A stretch of 64,000 nt of DNA from an uncultured Acidobacteriota bacterium (GTDB lineage: Bacteria > Acidobacteriota > Thermoanaerobaculia > Gp7-AA8). A model generated the notes under the pieces. That model saw nothing but the letters and a program-made list of their open reading frames with translations, ran no database searches and was not told where the DNA came from. The position numbers and the translations under genes were made by a program. The stretch covers positions 312,558 through 376,557 of the forward strand of contig CAVUKB010000007.1 in the NCBI GenBank assembly GCA_963741955.1, given 5' to 3'. This document shows, piece by piece, positions 10,901 through 18,750 of the stretch. The first letter of the stretch is position 1. Each line of letters opens with the position of its first letter.

Positions 10901-13900
10901 CGACATCGCCGGAAGCGTAGGGCTGACCGGCGAGCAGAAGATCGATCTGAACATCGACGGCGCGGTGGAAGCCGCGCTGCTCCAGCTGTTCCTTCACGAT
11001 CTCAAATCGGAGGGGCAGATCGGAATTCGGGCCCGGGTGGGGGGCACCGTGAGCACTCCGCGCCTGGAGGGAACCGCCGAGGTGAAGAACGGGCAGTTCC
11101 GTTTCGCCGGCTTCCCGCAGCTGATCGACAACGTCAACGCGGCCCTGGTGTTCCAGGGAGATCGTCTTCGGATCGATTCGTTCCAGGCCGTGGTCGGAGG
11201 CGGAACGGTGAACGCGGGCGGCTTCATCACTCTGAATGGCCTCACCCCGAGTCGGGTACGGATCAATGCGACGGGAAAGAACGTCTCCATCCGCTACTTC
11301 GAAGGGCTCACCATCGACGGCGATTTCACCGGAAAGCTCGAGGGGGGTGTGGACCGGATGATCCTCGACGGCAACGTCACCGTCAACCGCGCCGTCTACT
11401 CGAAGGATTTCGATTTCGCGACCTCGATTCTCAACCTGATCCTGGAGCGGCGGGAGCTGATTCCGGCGCTGGCCGCGAGCTGGCAGGATCGGATCTCTCT
11501 CGACGTCAAGGTGAGCGCGGACGATACGCTCGCGGTCAAGAACAACATCGCCGACATCACGGCGAGTGCGGAGTTCGACGTGATCGGGACTCTCGCCAAT
11601 CCGGTGCTGATGGGACAGCTCACGATCGACGAGGGAGGGAAGGTCGACTTCCAGGACGTCCAGTATCGCGTGGTGCGCGGCACCATCAACTTTCAGAATC
11701 CTTTCCGGAACGACCCCTACTTCGACCTCACCGCGGAGGGGCGACTCCAGGATTACCAGCTGACCATCAACGTCACCGGGACGCTCGATCACATCACCCC
11801 GACCATCACCAGCGATCCTCCGATTTCAGACCTGACCCTCCTTTCCCTTCTCGGACCCGGTCCGCTGACGACGGGCGCTGCGGGTGGGCCGCGGATCGGC
11901 ACCTCCACTCTCGAGACGACCGGTTCCTCGCTGGTTGCGGAGAGTCTCGGTTCTCTGATCGGCCAGCGCATCCTCCCCTTCGCCGATGCATTCCGCTTCG
12001 AGCCCGGGCTGGTCGGCGATTCCGAGCAGAGGGTGACGTTCGAAAAGCAGATCTCGGACAACCTTCGGGTCATTCTGGTGTACTACCCCAAGGACCCCAA
12101 CCGGCGGAACGCGGAGATCGTGGAGTGGCAGGTCAATCCCGAATGGGTGATTCAGGCCACCGGAGTCGGAGGCGAGGCGAAGCAGAGTTACCTCCTGGAG
12201 GCGATCGACGCACGTTTCCGACGGCGGTACGAGGGGCACTTCGGCGTGAGCGGTGGGAAACCGGAACGGCCGCCGGCGGGGACGGCGACGATTGCGACTC
12301 CGGCCGGACCGGCAGCGGTACCGCACGAGCCGTTGCCGACGAATCAGCCTCTCGCACCGGAGATCGCGTTCACCACTCCGACCGTCGAATCGATCAGTTT
12401 CCGGACCGACAGTCCGTTCGACGTCACGCCGCTCGCCGACGTGATCTCCCTCTCGACCGGCAAGCCCCTCGACGTCCGCGACCTTCAGAGCTCGATCCAG
12501 GCTCTCTACGCGACGGGCAACTTCCGCGACATTCAGGTGGCGGCCGAGCAGCACGACGGAGCGATCGACGTCACGATCCTTCTCTCGCTCCACTACCTGA
12601 TCTCGGACGTCGGCTTCGAAGGGTTGACCGAGTTCGAAGATCGGGCGAAGAAAGAGATGGTGACACGCGCCGGGTCGGTGCTCAGCCTCAATGCGGTCGA
12701 CCGCAGCGCGGTCGCGATCCAGACCATGCTCGCCCGGCGCGGCTGGCTCGAGTCGACGGTCGACCCGGAGGTGCAGTATCAGCGCGAACAGAACCTGGCG
12801 AAGGTGATCTATCACGTCGCCATGGGACCTCGGGCAAAGGTCACCGGGGTCGAGTTCACCGGCTCGCTCGCTCCCTTCGGCCGCGATCAGCTGATCGACC
12901 GGATGAAGGAACGTCCCGGATCGTGGTACTCGGCGTCAGCCGCGCGCAACGATGCCGACCGGATCCGGAACTTCCTGGTGCGGAAGGATTACCGGCGGGC
13001 GGACGTCCGTTACGTCGACGAGACCTACGACAGCAGCTCCGGCAGCGTGACGCTCCACTATCGGGTCGACGTCGGCCTGAAGGTCCGCGTGGCGGTCACC
13101 GGCGTCCCGCGCTCGGCCGTGCACCGGATGATCCCGTTCGGCCGGAACGAAGCGTATTCGCAGGACGCCATCGCCACCGCCACCGATGCGATCATCCGGC
13201 GCTATCAGCAGAAGGGATACTTCTTCGCCGCAGTCGACGTGACGGAGAAGGAGAGCGGCGGCGAATGGGTGATCACATTCGATGTCGTTCCCGGCGAGAC
13301 GTACCGCGTCGGGAGCGTCCGCTTCGAAGGGAACGAGACCGTTTCCGACAAGCAGCTCCGGAAGCTCGTCGCGACGAAGGCCGGCGGAGGGTTCCGTAGT
13401 TTCTTCGGTTCTCTTTTCGGCCGCGGCGGCCTCACTCAGGCACAGCTCAACGAGGACCGCGATGCGATCGCCGCCTGGTACCGGCTCCACGGCTTCACCG
13501 AAGTGAGCGTCGGCCAGCCGGTGGCGAATCGCAAACCGGGGAACCTGCTGGAGATCGTTTTCCCGATCACCGAAGGGCCGCAGACCATCGTCCGGAAGAT
13601 CGAGATCGTCGGCAACGAGGGGATTCCCACCAGGCAGCTGCCCGCCCTGAGAATGAAGGAAGGGGATCCGCTCAATCCGCAACTCGTCACCGCGGACCTG
13701 ATCGGGCTCCGATCGTTCTACAGCGAGAGAGGATATCCGGAGGTTCAGGTCACTCCTCACGTCGAGCCGAATTCCGCGAAGACTTCCGCCACTCTGACGT
13801 ACCAGATCGCCGAAGGACCGAAGGTCGAGATCGGAGACGTCGCCGTTCGCGGAAATACGTATACGAGGACGGACGTGGTGCTGAAGAAGGCCGGTCTGAA

Positions 13901-15182
13901 GAAAGGCGAGCCATTCAGCTACCGGACCCTTCTCGAGGCGCAGCGCGAGCTCTACCGGATGGCGATCTTCGAAAGGGTCGAAGTCCAGCCCGAACACGGC
14001 GGGACGACTCCCTCGGAGCGCAACGTGACCATCGACGTCACGGAAGGGAAGGATCTGACCGTCGCCGGCGCACTCGGCTACTCCTCCTCCGAGAACGCGC
14101 CCCGCGTCACGGCCACTCTCTCCGACCGGAATCTGTTCGGCACCGGCCGGTACGCCGCAATCGAGGCGCGCGTCTCTCAGCCGGAGAAGCGATACCTCAT
14201 GACCTACACCGAGCCGTTCCCGTTCAACTACAACGTGCCGGCGCAGCTCACGGTCTTCCGTACCGACGAGAACCGTACCGTCGGTGGAACCGAGAATCTC
14301 TTCCACGTGGGGCGCTGGGGAACCTTCGTGGAGCTCGCGAAAGTCTTCCGCGAACAGACGCGGTGGTCGCTCCGCTACGAGTACAAGCTGGTCGATTTCA
14401 CCTGCCGGGACGAGACGAACGAGCTGTGCCAGCTGGCGAAGCTCGGCATTCCGACCGCCGGAATTCCAGCCGAGGATCAGGGAACGCGGGTGTCCAGTCT
14501 GACCCCGACGTTCTTCTTCGACCAGAGAGACGACCCGGTCAACCCGCACCGCGGCTTCTACGCCAGTGCGTCGCTGGAGTACGCGTTCCGCTTCCTCAAT
14601 GCGGACGCGAGCTTCCTCAAGAGCCTCACCCAGGGAGCGTGGTATCTCCCTCTGACCGACCGGTCGCAATTCGTCGTGGCGGGACGGATCGGAATGATCG
14701 AGCCGCTCGGAACCGAGCGTCAGCTCGAGAACCCGAGCATCGGACCGCGCGTTCCGATCTCCGAGAAGTTCACCGCCGGAGGCGAGTCGTCCCACCGCGC
14801 GTTCGAGAGGAACGGACTCGGAGTGCTCTACCAGCTCTGTCCGGAGCCCACGAGCTGCTCCGGTTCGATTCCCGCCGGCGCGAGCCTGATAGGCGTCGGG
14901 AAGAACGTCTATCCGATCGGTGGAAACGCGCTGGTGGTGTTCAACACCGAGTATCAGTTCCCGATCTTCGGAAATCTGCAGGGAGCCACGTTCCTCGACA
15001 TCGGGCAGGTGTGGGGAACCATCCAGTCGATGAACGCGCGGGATCTCCGCTACGGGGCGGGAGCGGGCCTCCGGTACGTCACCCCGCTCGGGCCGCTCCG
15101 TCTCGACGTCGGCTTCAAGTTCGACCGGAAGCCGTACGAGGATCCATACGCGGTGTTCCTGACGCTCGGGTATCCGTTCTAG
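7956..15182 (+). CDS. Single-polypeptide fusion of TamB/AsmA-like translocation-and-assembly protein (N-terminal signal-anchor + DUF490) with a BamA/TamA-like Omp85 protein (multiple POTRA domains + 16-strand-type beta-barrel ending ...GYPF)
   Basis: Continuous 2,410-codon ORF with no stop. N-terminus RVLRIVVGVALVVLLFLIGFSITF anchor with AsmA-like start. DUF490-like C-terminal TamB region (...DFQDVQYRVVRGTINFQNPFRNDPYFDLTAEGRLQDYQLTINVTGTLDHI...). Pro/Ala linker near nt 12250-12390 (SGGKPERPPAGTATIATPAGPAAVPHEPLPTNQPLAPE). Then POTRA-like units (ISFRTDSPFDVTPLADVISLSTGKPLDVRDLQSSIQALYATGNFRDIQV...) and an Omp85 barrel from ~14040 ending VFLTLGYPF*. ORF-track start 7950 is TTG; first ATG is at 7956. 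Confidence 0.8.
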   Translation: MIFNRSGESEVPRENEPGRSASDGPLPGRRRGCRRVLRIVVGVALVVLLFLIGFSITFVGTGKFGQYVATKIAANLEAHLGRKVHIGRVIILRTYPITVILEDITLANVPEGEAKYFAKIDRAVVKAGVTSFYKRVFSLNSIEVDHPQINLEIFGPESPIPHNFPHWKANKPTGNLQIVRVEVDRITVKDAEFAFLDHRHQITAHMTRLASVITPSVNEQIYQGTAVSPAVTVQIQDYEPLHLDFRGGFRYDPGTLKLTGLRLDGEDIHVEADGKVEPITEGIYDFAIRANFDLKKVKKTFLVDTTLDGPMAMTGQLHGDTGTFVFKGGFRSPKIIADQYTMSDLAAKFQVDNTHAVVDVTKASFEGGAVTAHYVLNDFSEPYPMVVDLGFRGVSLEQMIGTWGVSHIGLAGAATGTLHYTWNKNDLLGGHGTGIARLSPSALASSRAKYPIPVSGTTKFGIDNGVIRFASADLDLPKSKIHFAGTLAISDLRTNFTYSVRTGDFSEIDRIAYNLAHATGNPDFTLLGLGGSGTASGTLKGKIDEPVVAAHIEGAGLQYNHVLIGETATIDLTYDGPKETLGFRPAVFRLPSASMTLRGTLHFLKGKAGPVFDLQVTADNWPVERALDAVDMQQFAISGRATGELTVKGTPEDGTVTFSPVAIAQETGQINVTGTIHWLPGEKNVVFNLDVAAESFPVQDLLTFLDMSTTQMSGLVTGTMHLEGPLTTIEGAGSLTLRNGSVYGQPIETATADILFRKGEVHVTHLEVTSPAGHVLGEATYNFETGKFGYVIKEGTLQLGNIALPEALQDLFGGTLHIVSSGAGTMQNPELVLEATLESGQIKGVEFPPGAPAPTLYLTIRNGEMSIRGSAFDVLSIEGSGSVAQSGALDGSVTVRLTDIGKFLSIVSPSSDIGTTGSMVVQLDLGGKLGALETIRIEGTVPELDLQISGHPVTPASPIRFALNNGALQFESFQLRTDGSTFDIAGSVGLTGEQKIDLNIDGAVEAALLQLFLHDLKSEGQIGIRARVGGTVSTPRLEGTAEVKNGQFRFAGFPQLIDNVNAALVFQGDRLRIDSFQAVVGGGTVNAGGFITLNGLTPSRVRINATGKNVSIRYFEGLTIDGDFTGKLEGGVDRMILDGNVTVNRAVYSKDFDFATSILNLILERRELIPALAASWQDRISLDVKVSADDTLAVKNNIADITASAEFDVIGTLANPVLMGQLTIDEGGKVDFQDVQYRVVRGTINFQNPFRNDPYFDLTAEGRLQDYQLTINVTGTLDHITPTITSDPPISDLTLLSLLGPGPLTTGAAGGPRIGTSTLETTGSSLVAESLGSLIGQRILPFADAFRFEPGLVGDSEQRVTFEKQISDNLRVILVYYPKDPNRRNAEIVEWQVNPEWVIQATGVGGEAKQSYLLEAIDARFRRRYEGHFGVSGGKPERPPAGTATIATPAGPAAVPHEPLPTNQPLAPEIAFTTPTVESISFRTDSPFDVTPLADVISLSTGKPLDVRDLQSSIQALYATGNFRDIQVAAEQHDGAIDVTILLSLHYLISDVGFEGLTEFEDRAKKEMVTRAGSVLSLNAVDRSAVAIQTMLARRGWLESTVDPEVQYQREQNLAKVIYHVAMGPRAKVTGVEFTGSLAPFGRDQLIDRMKERPGSWYSASAARNDADRIRNFLVRKDYRRADVRYVDETYDSSSGSVTLHYRVDVGLKVRVAVTGVPRSAVHRMIPFGRNEAYSQDAIATATDAIIRRYQQKGYFFAAVDVTEKESGGEWVITFDVVPGETYRVGSVRFEGNETVSDKQLRKLVATKAGGGFRSFFGSLFGRGGLTQAQLNEDRDAIAAWYRLHGFTEVSVGQPVANRKPGNLLEIVFPITEGPQTIVRKIEIVGNEGIPTRQLPALRMKEGDPLNPQLVTADLIGLRSFYSERGYPEVQVTPHVEPNSAKTSATLTYQIAEGPKVEIGDVAVRGNTYTRTDVVLKKAGLKKGEPFSYRTLLEAQRELYRMAIFERVEVQPEHGGTTPSERNVTIDVTEGKDLTVAGALGYSSSENAPRVTATLSDRNLFGTGRYAAIEARVSQPEKRYLMTYTEPFPFNYNVPAQLTVFRTDENRTVGGTENLFHVGRWGTFVELAKVFREQTRWSLRYEYKLVDFTCRDETNELCQLAKLGIPTAGIPAEDQGTRVSSLTPTFFFDQRDDPVNPHRGFYASASLEYAFRFLNADASFLKSLTQGAWYLPLTDRSQFVVAGRIGMIEPLGTERQLENPSIGPRVPISEKFTAGGESSHRAFERNGLGVLYQLCPEPTSCSGSIPAGASLIGVGKNVYPIGGNALVVFNTEYQFPIFGNLQGATFLDIGQVWGTIQSMNARDLRYGAGAGLRYVTPLGPLRLDVGFKFDRKPYEDPYAVFLTLGYPF

Positions 15183-15490
15183 AGAAGCCGAGGCTTGCAG
15201 AAGCCGAGGCTCGAGACTCGAGGCTGGAGGCTCGAGGGGAACCGCGGGGAGAGTCAACCGCTTCCGGAATGTTCATGCAAGAGAGGATTTCGGAGAATTA
15301 AATTCTGTCAATACGGCATTTCGATGAATAAAATGCGCCGAAATCGATAATATACCGAATATTTCGGCGATGAGTGTGGCGAATATTTTGGGCGAGGAGT
15401 GCGTCGTCTCTGCGTCGGGGTCTCTGCTTCCCGAGCCTCGAATCTCGAACCTCTAATCCCGGCCTCTGCGAGCCCCGGCTTCTAATCCTC
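15183..15490. mobile_element. MITE-like miniature element: ~45-bp imperfect terminal inverted repeats flanking an AT-rich (~40% GC) core with an internal hairpin (gccgaaat...atttcggc)
   Basis: Left end 15183-15237 (gaagccgaggcttgcagaagccgagg..ctcgagactcgaggct) matches the reverse complement of 15431-15488 (gaagccggggctcgcagaggccggg[attagagg]ttcgagattcgaggct) at about 37/42 positions plus one 8-nt indel. The core drops sharply in GC. The element sits exactly between the stop codons of two convergent genes. Confidence 0.45.
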
Positions 15491-15679
15491 GTGCAGTGAC
15501 GGCTCGAGCTGCTCGGCGCCGTGCAGTCGCCCGGTCAGCTGTGCCGGATCGTGGATCAGGATCGGAAGGTGTTGAGAGCAGATCGAGTGCGTCTCGCCGC
15601 GGAACTCGAACGTGATCAGAGGGACCGACGTGGAGTCGCGGTCGCAGGCGATACAGGTACGGCTGGTTCGAAGTGTCAT
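15482..15679 (-). CDS. Small (65 aa) hypothetical zinc-ribbon-like protein (CxxC...CxxH)
   Basis: ATG verified at 15677-15679 with GAGGA 8 nt upstream; high GC3 codon usage. CIAC ... HSIC-SQH spacing. Confidence 0.45.
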   Translation of the reverse strand: MTLRTSRTCIACDRDSTSVPLITFEFRGETHSICSQHLPILIHDPAQLTGRLHGAEQLEPSLHED

Positions 15680-15861
15680 TCAGTGGGATCCTCGGCAACG
15701 AAGTAGCGGTCGTCCCGCGGGAGCATTGTGCGGGGTCGCTCGCCGCTGCGATGTGACGCGAGTCGCAGCTCCGGGTAGTCGGGCGCACAATCGCGGCCCG
15801 GTTCCGGCCTCGATCCTTCGCCCGACGGAACCGCTCTCGATTCCCGCAAGCTGGCGAGCTC

Positions 15862-16731
15862 TCATCCCCCCATCTTCATCAGTGCATTCATGTCGTCCTC
15901 GTCGAGCCGGATTCCTGCCGCTGCGGTGTTCTCCTCGAGATGTTTCACCTTCGAGGTTCCGGGAATCGGCAGCACCACCGGCGAGCGTGAGAGGAGCCAC
16001 GCGAGTGCGATCTGCGAGGGTGCAGCGTCGTGTTTCTTCGCGATCGAGTCGAGCTTTCCGTCCGTAGCCAGCTTTCCGGTCGCAAGAGGGAACCAGGGAA
16101 TGAACCCGATGTTCTGCTGCTCACAGAACTCCAGAACTTCTTCCCACCGGCGATCGCCGAGGTTGTACTGGTTCTGCACCGTGGCGACGGGAAAGTATTC
16201 GGAGGCCTGGCGAATCTCGTCGACGCCCACCTCGGAGAGGCCGATGTGACGGATTTTCCCCTCCGCCCTCAAGCGCACCAGCGTTTCGAACTGATCCTCG
16301 GCGGGAACCTTCGGATCGATCCGGTGGAGCTGATAGAGATCGATTCTATCGAGGCGGAGCCGCTTGAGGCTCTCTTCGCAAGCGGATCGAAGATGCTCGG
16401 GACGGCCGTTCGGTTCCCATTTACCGGGACCGGGGCGCTCGAGCCCGGCCTTGGTAGCAATGACCAGGCCGTTCGGGTACGGATGGAGCGCTTCCGCGAT
16501 CAGGCGTTCGCTCACCTCGGGGCCGTAAGAGTCGGCGGTGTCGATGAAATCGATCCCGAGCTCGATCGCGCGCCGGAGGACGCGGATGCACTCGTCGTGG
16601 TCGGCCGGCGGTCCCCAGACCCCATCGCCCGTGATTCGCATCGCGCCGAACCCGAGGCGGTGGACCTGGATGTCGCCGCCGATTCGGAACGTGCCGCTGC
16701 CGGTCGCAATCGCTTCATTCGTTTCGGTCAT
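15862..16731 (-). CDS. Aldo/keto reductase family oxidoreductase
   Basis: AKR motifs ([43 protein letters not shown]). ORF-track start 16776 is TTG; ATG verified at 16729-16731 with GAGGAG 6 nt upstream. Confidence 0.85.
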   Translation of the reverse strand: MTETNEAIATGSGTFRIGGDIQVHRLGFGAMRITGDGVWGPPADHDECIRVLRRAIELGIDFIDTADSYGPEVSERLIAEALHPYPNGLVIATKAGLERPGPGKWEPNGRPEHLRSACEESLKRLRLDRIDLYQLHRIDPKVPAEDQFETLVRLRAEGKIRHIGLSEVGVDEIRQASEYFPVATVQNQYNLGDRRWEEVLEFCEQQNIGFIPWFPLATGKLATDGKLDSIAKKHDAAPSQIALAWLLSRSPVVLPIPGTSKVKHLEENTAAAGIRLDEDDMNALMKMGG

Positions 16732-16840
16732 CTGAATCTCCTCGTCATCTGGAGTCGAACCATATCGTCGATTCAAATGCCGGTCCAGGTTGAGGGAGGC
16801 GGAATGACGGTCCGCTCTCGGCTATGATCACCTCACCGGC

Positions 16841-17917
16841 ATGAAACTCTCCGAGCTCGGATGGAGCGAATTTTTCGACGTGGCACTGGCACAGAGCCGG
16901 GGGAAAGGTCTGACCCCCGGGCGCGTCGTGTCGGAGCATCGCGGGGTGCTGAGGGTGGCGACGGAAAAGAGAGAGTGGAGAGCCCGACCGGCGGGACGGC
17001 TCCGCCGCGAGGCGGTGGGACGGGGCGATCTTCCCGCAGTCGGCGACTGGGTTCTTCTCGAGGCTCCCGCCAACGCGGACATCGCCCTGGTCCAGCAGGT
17101 GCTTCCACGACGGACGAAGTTTTCCAGGCGGGCCGCTGGCGAACGGAATGAGGAACAGGTTCTCGCGGCGAACATCGATCTGGTCTGGATCGCCGCTTCG
17201 ATCGCCGGCGAGGTCAACCTGCGAAGCATCGAGAGATATCTTTCGATCGCGTGGGAGAGCGGAGCGCAACCGGTGGTGGTGCTCACCAAAGCGGATCTCG
17301 CAGCTGATGCAGTGGCCGCAGTGAGCGCGGTCGAGTCGATCTCCCCCGGAATACCGGTGGTGGCGGTCAGCAGCGTGAGCGGCGAAGGAATCGCCGCGCT
17401 CGGTGATCTCCTGACGCCGGGAACCTCGATCGCGATCCTCGGTCCCTCCGGAGTGGGGAAGTCGAGCCTGATCAACCGCATCGCCGGCGAGGAACTGATG
17501 AAAGTCGGCGACGTGCGGGAGGACGATCAGAGAGGGCGGCACACCACCACACACCGTCAGCTTCTGCGGATGCCGTCCGGCGCGCTGATCATCGATACAC
17601 CCGGAATCCGTGAGATCCAGCTCTGGGAAACGGAGGAGGGAATCGAAGAGACATTTTCCGAGATCGAGATCGCGGCGCGGCATTGCCGCTTCAGCGACTG
17701 CCGTCACGAGACCGAACCGGGATGTGGGGTCCGTGATGCGCTCGCTCGCGGAGAGCTCGACACGAAGCGGGTGGCGAGTTTCCGAAAGCTCCAGAGCGAG
17801 ATCGAGTTTCAGGAGCAGAAGCACGATCCCCGAGTGCGGGCGGAGGCGAAACGTCGTATCCGGGAGATCATGCGAGCGTTCCGGAAGCCGGACAAGTTGC
17901 GGGACCGGCGGAAGTAG
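16841..17917 (+). CDS. rsgA: Ribosome small-subunit-dependent GTPase A
   Basis: ATG verified at 16841. Circularly permuted GTPase order (G4 VLTKADL upstream of P-loop GPSGVGKSSLIN). OB fold and C-terminal Cys/His zinc motif (CRFSDCRHETEPGC). Confidence 0.9.
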   Translation: MKLSELGWSEFFDVALAQSRGKGLTPGRVVSEHRGVLRVATEKREWRARPAGRLRREAVGRGDLPAVGDWVLLEAPANADIALVQQVLPRRTKFSRRAAGERNEEQVLAANIDLVWIAASIAGEVNLRSIERYLSIAWESGAQPVVVLTKADLAADAVAAVSAVESISPGIPVVAVSSVSGEGIAALGDLLTPGTSIAILGPSGVGKSSLINRIAGEELMKVGDVREDDQRGRHTTTHRQLLRMPSGALIIDTPGIREIQLWETEEGIEETFSEIEIAARHCRFSDCRHETEPGCGVRDALARGELDTKRVASFRKLQSEIEFQEQKHDPRVRAEAKRRIREIMRAFRKPDKLRDRRK

Positions 17918-18640
17918 CGCGGTTCGCGCTCCCCGCGCGGCCGGTCTCTCCGGGGTGCGGTTCGTCCGATCTCTCTGGGGTGCGGATCATCCGATCCGCG
18001 GCGGAGATCGTGTTGTACGGGATGAAGAGCGTGCCTGTGGGTGAACGCGGAGCGTCGGTGGCCGGACCGGTGTGGATGGAAGAGGCTCTGCTTCAGCCGC
18101 AGGGACTGTCTCGATCCGATCTGAACGCGGTCGTCGCGGCGGATCAGAGGATCCGCGCTCCCCGCGCGGCCTGTCTCCCGGGGTGCGGTTCGTCCGATCT
18201 CTCCGGGGTGCGGATCATCCGATCCGCGACGGAGATCGTGTTGTACGCGATGAAGAGCGAGCCTGTGGGTGAACGCGGAGCGTCGGTGGCCGGACCGGTG
18301 TGGATGGAAGAGGCTCCGCTTCAGCCGCAGGGACTGTCTCGATCCGATCTGAACGCGGTCGTCGCGGCGGATCAGAGGATCCGCGCTCCCCGCGCGGCCG
18401 GTCTCTCCGGGGTGCGGTTCGTCCGATCTCTCTGGGGTGCGGATCATCCGATCCGCGACGGAGATCGTGTTGTACGCGATGAAGAGCGTGCCTGTGGGTG
18501 AACGCGGAGCGTCGGTGGCCGGACCGGTGTGGATGGAAGCGGCTCCGCTTCAGCCGCAGGGATGGTCTCGATCCGTTCTGAACGCGGTCGTCGTGGCGGA
18601 TCAGAGGATCCGCGCTCCCCGCGCGACAGATCGATCCGGA
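17918..18640. repeat. Intergenic tandem direct repeat, ~3.1 copies of a 228/229-bp unit (>95% identical), each unit containing short hairpins (gcggatc-atcc-gatccgc; gcggatc-agag-gatccgc)
   Basis: Anchor string cgctccccgcgcgg found at 17927, 18156, 18384 and 18613 (periods 229/228/229). Only a handful of SNPs and 1-nt indels between copies. Lies between the rsgA stop and the M23 peptidase start. Confidence 0.9.
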
Positions 18641-18750
18641 GCGGACGATGCGGGTGGACGCGCCTCGGACGGGAAATTCGAGATGCTTTTGAGCCTCCGG
18701 CTGGGCATAATGTTGAACTGGCCCCGGCTAGATCGGGGAGAGAATTCGTG

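Noticed and set aside
12936-15257. Long antisense ORFs (e.g. 12936..15257 - 773 aa; 7893..9506 - 537 aa; 9624..10808 - 394 aa) inside the TamB-Omp85 gene
   Set aside because: Low-complexity R/P/G/D-rich translations typical of the reverse strand of high-GC3 coding sequence. The sense strand has clear domain content throughout.
17980-18501. 173-aa periodic ORF (MRIIRSAAEIVLY... repeating every 76 aa) and companions at 18072, 18300, 18529
   Set aside because: Repeat copies differ by 1-nt indels (period 229/228/229), so no frame is conserved over the array. No RBS. Overlapping ORFs in other frames. The sequence is interpreted as non-coding tandem repeat.
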